Below are positions 26,975 through 36,482 of a stretch of DNA of 64,000 nucleotides, piece by piece. A program made the translations under genes and the position numbers. The stretch is taken from NCBI GenBank assembly GCA_964411375.1, contig CAYPKR010000002.1, forward strand, positions 129,960 to 193,959, written 5' to 3'. The stretch is from an uncultured Candidatus Saccharibacteria bacterium (GTDB taxonomy: Bacteria > Patescibacteriota > Minisyncoccia > Phycocordibacterales > UBA12088). The notes under the pieces were generated by a model. That model saw only the letters and a program-made list of their open reading frames with translations, was not told where the DNA came from and did not search any database. Each line of letters starts with the position of its first letter. Positions within the stretch are counted from its first letter, which is position 1.

Positions 26975-27652
26975 ATGCATCGACTCCGCGTCTTTGGAGA
27001 ACTGAAATATCTTGGAAACCTGATTGAGGGTTTTATTTTACTTGGAGCAAGCTTGGTCGCCAATTATTACGCCGCGATCTACGCCGCGGCGAGCGGATCA
27101 GGCTACGTTGAAGATATTGTCTTGAGTAATACGCGCGTCTACGACGTCGACGGACTTTTTACCTACGGAGCAGTATTCATGGGACTTTTTATTGTGATCG
27201 TATGCATTTGGCATGTTCGCTCAGCACCATTTGTTCTGAAAACAATCGCGCTCTTCGTCTTCATCCGTTCATTTGCAGTTTCCCTCACCCACATCAGTCC
27301 GTACCCGCTCCATATGACAATCCATTCGACCTTTTTTAATAATGCCTATTTCAACGGAATCTTTGGCGGTGATGACTTATTCTTCTCCGGACACACTGGA
27401 CTTCCCTTCCTGCTCGCGCTCGTATTTTGGGATTTCATTTGGCTTCGAATTACCTTCCTCAGCTTATCGGTTATTTTTGCCGGCGTTGTACTTCTTGGTC
27501 ACATCCACTATTCGATCGACGTATTCTCCGCATTTTTCATCACTTACGGTATCTTTCATCTGGCACTCCGTTTCTTCGGAAAGGATTGGCAAGCATTTGA
27601 AAAAAGTACTCCGCAAGGTGATATGAAATATGTCGGAGAAAAAATCGCGTAA
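26975..27652 (+). CDS. Sphingomyelin-synthase-like PAP2 family protein
   Basis: DLFFSGHT and HYSIDV motifs; TG-TACAAT 6 nt before the ATG. Confidence 0.85.
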   Translation: MHRLRVFGELKYLGNLIEGFILLGASLVANYYAAIYAAASGSGYVEDIVLSNTRVYDVDGLFTYGAVFMGLFIVIVCIWHVRSAPFVLKTIALFVFIRSFAVSLTHISPYPLHMTIHSTFFNNAYFNGIFGGDDLFFSGHTGLPFLLALVFWDFIWLRITFLSLSVIFAGVVLLGHIHYSIDVFSAFFITYGIFHLALRFFGKDWQAFEKSTPQGDMKYVGEKIA

Positions 27653-27663
27653 TACAAAATGCC

Positions 27664-29313
27664 ATGCACAAAGATGAAATCCAAAAAATAATCAAAGGCG
27701 AAGTTGTAAATGATACTGAGTCGCTTCGAAAATACAGCCGCGACACGAGTTTATTTGAAAAAACACCGGAGGTAGTTGTCTTTCCAAAAGATGCCGATGA
27801 CGTCTCTCTGGTTGTGAAATATGTCGCAGAAAAAAAAGCAAGTGGTGACAATATCTCGCTTGCTGCACGCTCTGCCGGAACCGACATGACGGGCGGTTCG
27901 CTCACTTCCTCAGTTTCATTGGTCTTCACCAAGTTCATGAATCATATCGTGTCGCTGAATCCCCATGAACTTATAACTGAGCCAGGCGTGTATTATCGTG
28001 ATTTCGAAAAGGAATCACTTGCACGAGCCGAAGGAGCAATCATTCCAAGTTACCCCGCATCAAAATCACTGTGTGCGATCGGCGGAATGGTTTCAAACAA
28101 TTCTGGCGGCGAACTCACGCTCACCTATGGTCAAACGGAGCGGTATGTTGAATCGTTAAAACTCGTACTTTCAGATGGAAGCCAAATAACCGTTGGTCCG
28201 CTCACTGAAGGCGAGCTTTCTTCCAAAAAAGCGCAAAACGATTTTGAAGGAAAAATCTATCGAGACATGGATGCGCTCATCAAAAATAATCTTGATGAAA
28301 TTGTTACCTCAAAACCGAAGACATCAAAAAATTCCGCCGGCTATTATTTGTGGAATGTTATTGATCAAGAAAAGAAAACATTCAATCTCGCAAAACTTAT
28401 TGTCGGCTCCCAAGGAACGCTCGGGGTCGTAACCGAAGCGACAATTCGATTGGTGAAGCCAAAGACGGAGCGATCGATGCTCGTAGTTTTCCTCAAAGAT
28501 TTGAACGGACTTCCTGAAATTGTTGATCGAGTTCTCCGCTCGAAACCAGAATCATTTGAATCCTACGACGATCATACATTCAAACTCGCGCTCCGTTTCT
28601 TGCCGCAAATTCTTGGACACCTCGGACTATTCCCTGCAATCAAACTTGGATTTTCATTCCTTCCAGAGTTAGGAATGCTGCTTCGGGGTGGCGTACCAAG
28701 ACTTGTCTTGATGGCTGAATTTGCCGAAGACACGAAGGAGGAAGCGATTCGGAAAGCAAATGAAGCAAATAATTCCTTGGAGGATTTAGGTCTTGAAACG
28801 CGCGTTACGACAACTCCAGAACAAGGAGAAAAATACTGGATCATTCGCCGCGAAAGCTTCAGCCTGCTTCGCAAAAATCTCCGCGGATACTACGCATCGC
28901 CCTTTATCGACGACTTTGTCGTTGATCCCCATACCTATCCGACATTCCTTCCCGAACTCAATGCGCTTCTTAAGAAATACAATTTGATATACACGATCGC
29001 GGGCCATATCGGGAACGGCAATTTCCACATCATTCCGCTTATGAATCTCTCCGATCCGAAATCAAAAGAAATCATTTTGGAACTTGGTCCAAAAGTCTAC
29101 GAACTGGTTACGAAATACAAAGGATCGATTACGGGAGAACACAACGACGGCATTATCCGCACGCCGTACCTCCCGATGATGTTTAGCGAAAAAATGATCG
29201 CGCTCTTTGCGGAAACAAAGCGCATCTTTGACCCAGAAAATATTTTGAACCCAGGCAAAAAAGTTGGTGGAAACGAGGGAGAGATTTCGACCTACATGAT
29301 CAAAGAGATGTAG
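27664..29313 (+). CDS. FAD-binding oxidoreductase (GlcD/D-lactate dehydrogenase-like)
   Basis: RSAGTDMTG, IGGMVSNNSGG, GSQGTLG, GHIGNGNFH, GEHNDG and FDPENILNPGK motifs. Confidence 0.92.
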   Translation: MHKDEIQKIIKGEVVNDTESLRKYSRDTSLFEKTPEVVVFPKDADDVSLVVKYVAEKKASGDNISLAARSAGTDMTGGSLTSSVSLVFTKFMNHIVSLNPHELITEPGVYYRDFEKESLARAEGAIIPSYPASKSLCAIGGMVSNNSGGELTLTYGQTERYVESLKLVLSDGSQITVGPLTEGELSSKKAQNDFEGKIYRDMDALIKNNLDEIVTSKPKTSKNSAGYYLWNVIDQEKKTFNLAKLIVGSQGTLGVVTEATIRLVKPKTERSMLVVFLKDLNGLPEIVDRVLRSKPESFESYDDHTFKLALRFLPQILGHLGLFPAIKLGFSFLPELGMLLRGGVPRLVLMAEFAEDTKEEAIRKANEANNSLEDLGLETRVTTTPEQGEKYWIIRRESFSLLRKNLRGYYASPFIDDFVVDPHTYPTFLPELNALLKKYNLIYTIAGHIGNGNFHIIPLMNLSDPKSKEIILELGPKVYELVTKYKGSITGEHNDGIIRTPYLPMMFSEKMIALFAETKRIFDPENILNPGKKVGGNEGEISTYMIKEM

Positions 29314-29973
29314 CTACCACTCGATTGGTTTCTCGCCATTCTCTTCAAGATACTTGTTTGCCTGACTAAAATGATGGTTGCCAAAAAATGCATTTCCCGC
29401 GAGTGGAGACGGATGTGCTGATGTCAGCACCAAATGTTTTTCAAAATCAATCACACTCCCCTTTTGCTTGGCGTAATTTCCCCACAGCATAAAAACCAAA
29501 TGTTCTCGTTCATCGTTTAACGCTTTGATCGCCGCGTTGGTAAATTCTTCCCATCCTTTTTTCTGATGTGAACCAGCCGCTCCAGCGCGCACGGTCAAAG
29601 TAGCGTTGAGAAGAAAAACACCTTGAGTCGCCCAACGAGTTAGGTCACCATCGTGAGAGACCGGATGTCCAAGATCGCTTTCGATTTCCTTAAAAATATT
29701 TTGGAGCGAGGGCGGATTTCGAACTCCTTCGTGAACGGCAAAACAAAGTCCGTTTGCCTGGCGCTCTCCGTGATATGGATCTTGTCCGAGAATCACAACT
29801 TTTACTTGATCAAAGGGCGTTAAATCAAATGCTCGGAAAATATCCTTGGGCGGCGGATATACCTTTGTTTTTTTATATTCTTCTTTTACGAAATCAGAAA
29901 GTTCTTTGAAATAGGGCTTTTCAAACTCTGCTTCGAGATGTTTCTTCCAGGATTCTTCAATTCGGACGGTCAT
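29314..29973 (-). CDS. ung: Uracil-DNA glycosylase
   Basis: GQDPYH, PPSLQNI and HPSPL motifs. Confidence 0.97.
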   Translation of the reverse strand: MTVRIEESWKKHLEAEFEKPYFKELSDFVKEEYKKTKVYPPPKDIFRAFDLTPFDQVKVVILGQDPYHGERQANGLCFAVHEGVRNPPSLQNIFKEIESDLGHPVSHDGDLTRWATQGVFLLNATLTVRAGAAGSHQKKGWEEFTNAAIKALNDEREHLVFMLWGNYAKQKGSVIDFEKHLVLTSAHPSPLAGNAFFGNHHFSQANKYLEENGEKPIEW

Positions 29974-30024
29974 AGGCACATCCTAGCAAAAAAGTGAAAA
30001 ACGAGTATACTCCAGCCAGATCCT

Positions 30025-30471
30025 ATGAGGAGGACGATCGTGAGTGATGGATTCGAGATCCAGCTTCTGAAATGGTTTGTTGTCGCCATGGCGGCATGTG
30101 ACCTCATTCTTTTTATGATGTTGGCACAGTATGGAAAACGGCTGCGCAGATGGGATCTTCGAGGCAGAAGACGCCACGACCTTCTTGAAATCCACGTGCG
30201 TCTGACGAACGCCATCATGGTCGTCACGGTACTTGCAGTGGGCGCAATTGAAATATGTGTTCGGTTAAGCATCGGCCGGTACGAAATATCAGGACTGTTA
30301 TTTGGAATTCATCTTCTTTCTGCCCTCTTGTTTGCTTTTTTCTTCATTACCGCAAGGTTCTTCCGAAACGGAAAGAACTACCCAGAGATGCACCGAATAA
30401 TCGTCCGTGCATGTGTATGTTTTGGAGCGCTATCGGCTATAACCGGCGCGTATCCACTCTACACGCTATGA
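30025..30471 (+). CDS. Hypothetical 4-TM membrane protein
   Basis: Hydrophobic helices containing His residues; terminator follows. Confidence 0.65.
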   Translation: MRRTIVSDGFEIQLLKWFVVAMAACDLILFMMLAQYGKRLRRWDLRGRRRHDLLEIHVRLTNAIMVVTVLAVGAIEICVRLSIGRYEISGLLFGIHLLSALLFAFFFITARFFRNGKNYPEMHRIIVRACVCFGALSAITGAYPLYTL

Positions 30472-30537
30472 CTCTGTCCCGCCCGGCTCACATCCGGGCG
30501 GCTCGCTTTTTTTATACTTTAAAATTATGATAGTCTC

Positions 30538-31083
30538 ATGAACTACCCCGTTGAAACCATCAATTTTTGGCTCGCGATTGGCGTCATTGGAATCCAGATC
30601 AAAGTTATTTATTTGCTTGGTGCAATCGCATTTCGTAAAAAAAGTAGTTTTGCCGCATGGACGGTAAAAGTTGCTGGCGATAACGCACTGGGAATTGCAT
30701 TTCTCCTCGCACTCGGCTCCCTCGTTATTTCCCTTTTTTATTCTGAAGTGCTTGGCTTTGCGCCGTGCGGACTTTGTTGGCTTCAGCGCGTCACACTGTA
30801 TCCGCAGCTATTTTTGTTTGCAGCTGCGCTTTTCAAATCTGATGAAAAGATCGCCGACTATTCGATCATACTTTCGATTGTCGGACTCATCATTTCGCTC
30901 TACCAGCACTATCTTCAAGTTGGTGGTAGTGAGTTTCTCCCATGCGCAACAACGCTCCTTGCCGCAGACTGCTCAAAGAAAACCTTATTTGAATTTGGCT
31001 ATATCACCTTCCCTTTGATGGCAGCAAGCATTTGCGCCTACCTTATCGTTTTGATGATCACGCTCAAAATTCGAAATAAATAA
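30538..31083 (+). CDS. Disulfide bond formation protein B (DsbB/BdbC) family
   Basis: PCGLCWLQR, a second Cys pair and FGYITFP. Confidence 0.92.
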   Translation: MNYPVETINFWLAIGVIGIQIKVIYLLGAIAFRKKSSFAAWTVKVAGDNALGIAFLLALGSLVISLFYSEVLGFAPCGLCWLQRVTLYPQLFLFAAALFKSDEKIADYSIILSIVGLIISLYQHYLQVGGSEFLPCATTLLAADCSKKTLFEFGYITFPLMAASICAYLIVLMITLKIRNK

Positions 31084-31093
31084 ATTGGGGATT

Positions 31094-31714
31094 TTATTTA
31101 TTCTTTTTCCGTTCGCGTACGTAATGTACGAGTGGTGGAATAAATGAGACGATGATAATGACAAGGATAATTGGAAACAGAAATCGCTCTGCATCCGGAA
31201 CCTGTTTTCCTAATATGTATCCAAGATACGTGACTCCTCCGCCCCAAACAATCGCGCCGAGAACGTTGTAGGTAATAAAATCTCGATAGGGCATTTTTGC
31301 CGCGCCGGCAGCAATCGGAAGAAAAGTGCGGATGATAGGAAGAAATCTACCGAGCAAAATCGCTTGCTTTCCGTGCTTTTCAAAAAATGCTTCGGCTTTT
31401 TCCAAATGCGCTTTTTTAAAGATACGCGAATCGCTTTCTTTGAAGAGCTGACTCATATAGGTGCCGAAACCATATCCAATAATGTTGCCGAGAACTGCTG
31501 CCGAGATAATAAGTGGAATCAATATTCCTATTTGCAAAAATCCTTGTGAGGCAAGAAAGCCGGCAGTGAAAAGCAAACTATCTCCAGGGAAAAAGAATCC
31601 GAAAAAGAGTCCTGTTTCTGCGAACACAACAAAAAAGAGTCCGGAGTAGCCGGCGATATGAATGAGGTGCTCGGCATTGATGTGCGAGAGCGAATCGAAC
31701 AGGACTTCAATCAT
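31094..31714 (-). CDS. DedA family protein
   Basis: FAETGLFFGFFFPGDSLLF and GRFLPIIRTF; start at MIEVL. Confidence 0.93.
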   Translation of the reverse strand: MIEVLFDSLSHINAEHLIHIAGYSGLFFVVFAETGLFFGFFFPGDSLLFTAGFLASQGFLQIGILIPLIISAAVLGNIIGYGFGTYMSQLFKESDSRIFKKAHLEKAEAFFEKHGKQAILLGRFLPIIRTFLPIAAGAAKMPYRDFITYNVLGAIVWGGGVTYLGYILGKQVPDAERFLFPIILVIIIVSFIPPLVHYVRERKKNK

Positions 31715-31758
31715 AGTGGCAGTGTAGCATAGGCAAAACTGATTCGTATAAAAAGAGA

Positions 31759-31786
31759 AAGGGCCGTCAGTAAACTGACGGCCCTT
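31759..31786. terminator. Hairpin terminator
   Basis: AAGGGCCGTCAG-TAAA-CTGACGGCCCTT. Confidence 0.75.
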
Positions 31787-31808
31787 GGTGCGCCGAAGCG
31801 CGGTAGAA

Positions 31809-32069
31809 CTAGTGAACAAGGCCTGCGTTGACACGATCGTTGCGGATCTTCCAGACCTTTTCCGGCTCGACGACCTGGCCCGTCTCGAGTCTCCATTTTC
31901 CTGGCTGACCGGGTGCAGGCGAAACCATGAAGGACTCGCCTGGTTGGGCGCCGTACAGAACGGCGTAGGGTGTGTACCCCTGGCGTTCTTGCCGTTCGTA
32001 CTGAGCCTGGAGCGCTCGCTCATGCCAGGTCATGAGCCAGCGAACAACTGCGTAGAACCATGTGACCAT
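31809..32069 (-). CDS. Orphan small protein
   Basis: AAGGGAG SD, upstream TTGACA and downstream hairpin. Confidence 0.6.
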   Translation of the reverse strand: MVTWFYAVVRWLMTWHERALQAQYERQERQGYTPYAVLYGAQPGESFMVSPAPGQPGKWRLETGQVVEPEKVWKIRNDRVNAGLVH

Positions 32070-32127
32070 TACTGGTCTCCCTTAGAGAAGACGTCTGCCA
32101 AATATGATGGCATTTTTTGACATAATG

Positions 32128-33468
32128 TCAAGAGCTGACGGGGCGATCTTCGTAGACTACCCAAGCGGTTTTCTTCGCCGTGTTAGTACCTCCAGCATCC
32201 GCACGCGAACCTCCCCACTTCCCAACTAGATGTTGAGTGAGGAGAGCCCAGAAGCAGATAAACTGGAAGAGCAGCATTACGAACGGGAAGATCGGGAGTA
32301 CCCACAAACTTCTCGGATATTTCCAGAGATGTGGGAACTGTCGGACAATTGTGGTCAGAATCATACCGAATACAGCGAGTATAAGCGCTTGCCACAGCGG
32401 CGTGCCCCCGTGACCAAGTAAATACGTGAGCGGCCAGTGCACGGCAACAATATATACCGTAGAGAGCGTGACCAAAATGCTTGTCCAGTACACGAAGAAT
32501 GCGACCGGGAAACGGATAAGCCATGGCGACCGTATCGTAATCCCCTGAAAGGTCCGGCACCACCGCGCCCACATACCGCAGGTATCGACAAGATTGTCGG
32601 GTGCAGTGGTCGTAACACACGCGTCCCAAACAAGAACAGTCCGGTACCCTGCTTGGAGTACAAATCCAGTGATCCGCCGATCGTCGCCTGCAATAGCGGG
32701 TCGGCGCATCAGACCAAAGTAGCTGAACGAGTCATTGACGAGCTCATCCATACGATGCTCGACGAGCTTCGTACGGACTGCATACATTCGTCCCGGTAGG
32801 CACGCGACCTGACCGAAGAGACTGCATGCTGCCATTGATGAGTTGAGCCTGGCGTCTTCGAGCCAGAAGCTAATTTTCTGGATCCAGGTCTTCGGATCGT
32901 GTACGAGCTGCGAAGTTGTTGTCCCTCCAATACGAGGGTCGGAGAACGGCGCGAGAAGTTTGAGTACGACATCCTTATTTCTCGGAATGGTATCCGAGTC
33001 AAGAAAGATGAGCAGCTCCTCGAGCCTTCCGCGCTTGCGTGCTTCCCGAAGAAGCTCCCGCAAGTTCCATTTCTTGTGACGAGCATTCGTAACGAGAACG
33101 ACATTTGCGTATCTTTTCGCAATCTCGGTCTCGAGCGCCACTTTAGCTGGATTCTTATCGAAGCCATCGATGATGGCAATGAAGAAGTGCCGGGTTGTTC
33201 CGTATTCGAGTGACTCTTTTACCTTTCGGAGAGACTCCTCAAGGATTTTAAGATTCTCGTCGTAGATCGTGACAACAATCGTTACTGCCTTTTTATCCAG
33301 AGGGTATTTTTGAATCCACCCCCTACTCCACAAAAAGTAGAAAATACCCGCAAGAGCCATGAGAGGAAATTGTCGAGCCGAAACGAACATGACGTAGATC
33401 TCGAACACATACCATCGGCCTGTATGGATTGTGTCCAAGAGTTGAGACACGAAGTGGATCATTGCCAC
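32128..33468 (-). CDS. Processive GT2 (hyaluronan/chitin synthase-like)
   Basis: FLDSD, CLPGR and GDDR motifs; MWARW in place of QxxRW; C-terminal TMs. Confidence 0.88.
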   Translation of the reverse strand: MAMIHFVSQLLDTIHTGRWYVFEIYVMFVSARQFPLMALAGIFYFLWSRGWIQKYPLDKKAVTIVVTIYDENLKILEESLRKVKESLEYGTTRHFFIAIIDGFDKNPAKVALETEIAKRYANVVLVTNARHKKWNLRELLREARKRGRLEELLIFLDSDTIPRNKDVVLKLLAPFSDPRIGGTTTSQLVHDPKTWIQKISFWLEDARLNSSMAACSLFGQVACLPGRMYAVRTKLVEHRMDELVNDSFSYFGLMRRPAIAGDDRRITGFVLQAGYRTVLVWDACVTTTAPDNLVDTCGMWARWCRTFQGITIRSPWLIRFPVAFFVYWTSILVTLSTVYIVAVHWPLTYLLGHGGTPLWQALILAVFGMILTTIVRQFPHLWKYPRSLWVLPIFPFVMLLFQFICFWALLTQHLVGKWGGSRADAGGTNTAKKTAWVVYEDRPVSS

Positions 33469-33535
33469 TTTCTCCTTTTCTTAAGGGTTTAGCAGGCCGG
33501 AGGATCCGGCCTGCCGTCTTGGATTCCAAGAGGAC

Positions 33536-35035
33536 TTATTGTCCCCAGTAGCCTCCCCAGTTGAAGCGGAGACCGGTATTGATGCTTTCATCCCTACCGT
33601 TTGAATATCGGTCGGGACCATCGATGTACTGGGTAACCCTGCCGCCCACGAAGGCACAAGAATTGCCGAATGCTGCGAAACCGGGTTTACCGAGGCAGTA
33701 GGTCAATTCAACTCCCACTGCGCCGTCGTTGTCCCAATATCGCTCGGGATTCGTCGAGAGAGAGCCCTGGACGTAGAAGTCCAGACCCACGGTGTCAGTG
33801 TCGGTAAGCCACATGAGACTCATGTTGATCCCCTGCGAAAGACGCAAGAAACCAACCGTTTCCTTTTGCCCATACGGCTTTCCGGTGACACCACTTATTT
33901 CGTTATTCGACGTGTCGCCAAACGTTCCGCTGATGTTTCCGGAAATCGTCCACGGGTAGCTGAATGTTCCCCGCGGCATGCCGCTTGCACCGAAGGTTGC
34001 GATCTCCGCCACCGGCTCGGGTGTTTGAAGCCCGTACGATGCACGGAAATCGTCGATCAGTTTGCGGAACGCATCCCACTCATTTTCGGGAATGCCCCAG
34101 AAGATCGGCTTGTCGTTGGTTGCCTTTCCCGTTGGAACATTTTCGAAGAAGAAGTTGACGTTCGTGACATGCGTGAATCGAGTCTTGAGAGACTCGAGCA
34201 TGTCGCGGAACCAGTCGATCTTGTCAACGCCGCAGAGATTGGTCGTCGAGACTTCCGCCACCCAGATCGGGAGATCAGTAATCTTTACGATTGCATCATA
34301 TGCGGGACCAAATTCATCCGCGAAACTTTTCGGTTGCATGTGCGACGGATCGAGGCCGCACCGGTTGTAGGTCGAGATCGAGACCGATGTCACGAACTCG
34401 TCACCAGGATAGAGCGACTGAAAATCACTCGTTCCCTTGCCGCGTGCGCTTGATCGATTGTAGTTGAGGTCGACGCCGACGATTTTGCCGCTGGCAGACT
34501 CTCGAAGCAGCGTTACCATATGCTGCCATGCCGCGATGAAATCCTCCGGATGATTGCCCGGATAATACACGCCGCATGAATACCAATCGCCGTTGAACTC
34601 ATTACACGGACGAACAGTGATGTCTTGGTCCAGATCTTTGACCGCCTGGCCGAACGTGCGGAACGCATCGTCAAAGCCGCCGTCTTTGATTTTGGCGAGA
34701 ACACCATCCTCGACCGGAAATTTTATGACAACGATTTTTTTCGTCGCTGGATTGAACTTTCCGTACGGCAGTGCATTGACCGAGCCGGCGGTGTAGTACA
34801 CCACCACACAGTCATTGATGCCGAGCGGGTTCGCGATCGAGTAGTACTGCGCCGCACCTTGTGCAGACGCGAGGCAAAACTTGATGTCGCGTGTCGGTGC
34901 CGTTTGAGTAACTGCCGCTTGCGAAGCTGCCACATTCGGCAACGACGTGGTTGCTTGGGGAGAGATTTTCTCCGCTCCTGCACAAGCACTCACGAGGAGC
35001 ACCAGTGCTAGTCCTATTATTCTGTAAAGGTGCAT
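33536..35035 (-). CDS. Lipoprotein with a GH26 (mannanase-like) domain and a beta-strand-rich C-terminal domain
   Basis: Lipobox LVSAC; RPCNEFNGDWY, LYPGDEFV and PIWVAE motifs. Confidence 0.85.
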   Translation of the reverse strand: MHLYRIIGLALVLLVSACAGAEKISPQATTSLPNVAASQAAVTQTAPTRDIKFCLASAQGAAQYYSIANPLGINDCVVVYYTAGSVNALPYGKFNPATKKIVVIKFPVEDGVLAKIKDGGFDDAFRTFGQAVKDLDQDITVRPCNEFNGDWYSCGVYYPGNHPEDFIAAWQHMVTLLRESASGKIVGVDLNYNRSSARGKGTSDFQSLYPGDEFVTSVSISTYNRCGLDPSHMQPKSFADEFGPAYDAIVKITDLPIWVAEVSTTNLCGVDKIDWFRDMLESLKTRFTHVTNVNFFFENVPTGKATNDKPIFWGIPENEWDAFRKLIDDFRASYGLQTPEPVAEIATFGASGMPRGTFSYPWTISGNISGTFGDTSNNEISGVTGKPYGQKETVGFLRLSQGINMSLMWLTDTDTVGLDFYVQGSLSTNPERYWDNDGAVGVELTYCLGKPGFAAFGNSCAFVGGRVTQYIDGPDRYSNGRDESINTGLRFNWGGYWGQ

Positions 35036-35111
35036 TGTCTTCTCCCGAGGCCAAAGGCCCAGCTGGGGTGAAAACGAAAAGGCCTGGAGACTCCAGTCCT
35101 TTGCCTTTCAG

Positions 35112-35140
35112 AATATCCCTTAAATTAAGAGTTTTGTCAA
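35112..35140 (-). promoter_or_regulatory. TTGACA-17-GATATT promoter
   Basis: Near-duplicate at 36446-36474. Confidence 0.7.
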
Positions 35141-35267
35141 GATACAATATCGGTATTTTTTGTTGTGAAATATGGCAATTTTGGCCTCTGTCTCGAAAAG
35201 AAATAGAGCGTCTGGGGGACGCTCTATAGAGTATGATTGAATTGACTGCCTTTTCTTTATGAGACCC

Positions 35268-36377
35268 TTACTCGCATTTTACAAGGATGTTTTTGTTCGG
35301 GTCTTTATAAGTCGCGTTCAGTTCGGCGCGAAATTCGTTGTTGATTTTGCAGAACCCCGCTACCCGATCGCCGTAAATTCCCCAATCGATCGGCACATCA
35401 TTCGACGCTCCGCCGATTTTCACCTTTTCAAGAAAGATGGTGAGTTGATCGACTCTCGGGAATCGCTCCTCGATGTCCCGAAACATGCCCCGGAACCATT
35501 CGATCCGATCGATTGCGCACTTAGGAGGATCAGTGAGCGCACTCGTATTCGTCTCCCCTACCCCGATTGGAATTCGAGGATCAATCGAGGCAGCGACTGC
35601 CTCGTATGCGGCGCCAAACTGCGTTTCAAATGATGGTGCTGTAACATACCGTTCGGCCGTGCCGCAGCGATTATACGCATCAATCGTCACCCGATCGACG
35701 ATTGCGTTGCCCGGATAGAGCTCAGCAAAATCTTTTTCGATCGCTCCCTTCGGTCCATAACGATTGACCGAAAAATCGAATGCGGCCAGATCGCCTGCAG
35801 CCACTTTCAGAATATTCGCTACATGGAGCCATGCCGCGGTATAGTCCTTCGGATTGTTGCCGGGATAATATGCTTGCCACGGATATCCATTACCATTCGC
35901 CTCGTACATATGACGTATGGTGACGCCGCGGCCATCGTCGACAATCATTTTTCCAATAGCAGATAAATCTGCATCGAATCTGCCGCCAAGGATTTCTTTC
36001 AGAACTCCGGGGCATTTAATTTTGTCAACCGGCATCTCACCATGAGGTCCCGCACCGCAACCTTTCATTGGGAAGAATTTGAGCGCCAGGATGATGTTGG
36101 TTTGACGCGGATATGCGGTGAAATCTCCGGTCTCGATCTTCCCTACCGTTGGATACAAGAGCGCGTGCTCATAGGCGCCGAGAGGGAGCGCACGTTTGTA
36201 GAAATACTCCGCATCGCGGGGAGATGAAGTGCCGATACTGATCGGACGCGGCACTGTGGCACCTACATTTTTGGGATGTAGTGCAGGCACGCTGTCGAGT
36301 TTTGACCCAAGAGAGGGCAGACACGCTGTCAGAATTCCGAAAATACCTACGAAAAGCAGTTTTCTGGTAAGGTGCAT
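35268..36377 (-). CDS. Second GH26-like lipoprotein (paralog)
   Basis: Lipobox ILTAC; RHMYEANGNGYPW, LYPG, YNRCG and PIGVGE motifs. Confidence 0.85.
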   Translation of the reverse strand: MHLTRKLLFVGIFGILTACLPSLGSKLDSVPALHPKNVGATVPRPISIGTSSPRDAEYFYKRALPLGAYEHALLYPTVGKIETGDFTAYPRQTNIILALKFFPMKGCGAGPHGEMPVDKIKCPGVLKEILGGRFDADLSAIGKMIVDDGRGVTIRHMYEANGNGYPWQAYYPGNNPKDYTAAWLHVANILKVAAGDLAAFDFSVNRYGPKGAIEKDFAELYPGNAIVDRVTIDAYNRCGTAERYVTAPSFETQFGAAYEAVAASIDPRIPIGVGETNTSALTDPPKCAIDRIEWFRGMFRDIEERFPRVDQLTIFLEKVKIGGASNDVPIDWGIYGDRVAGFCKINNEFRAELNATYKDPNKNILVKCE

Positions 36378-36445
36378 TTCATTCCTTTCTGGGCACAAAG
36401 CCCGAGAGGAGAAAAGCGGCATAAGCGCAGCTTTTATCTCAGCGA

Positions 36446-36474
36446 AATATCCCTTTAATTTTGTGCGTTGTCAA
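36446..36474 (-). promoter_or_regulatory. TTGACA-17-GATATT promoter
   Basis: Near-duplicate of 35112-35140. Confidence 0.7.
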
Positions 36475-36482
36475 TACTCCTA

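Noticed and set aside
35045-35110. c-di-GMP-I riboswitch in the GH26 leader (GGCAAA seen)
   Set aside because: It lacks the GNRA tetraloop/receptor and second-stem consensus; only a simple hairpin is present.
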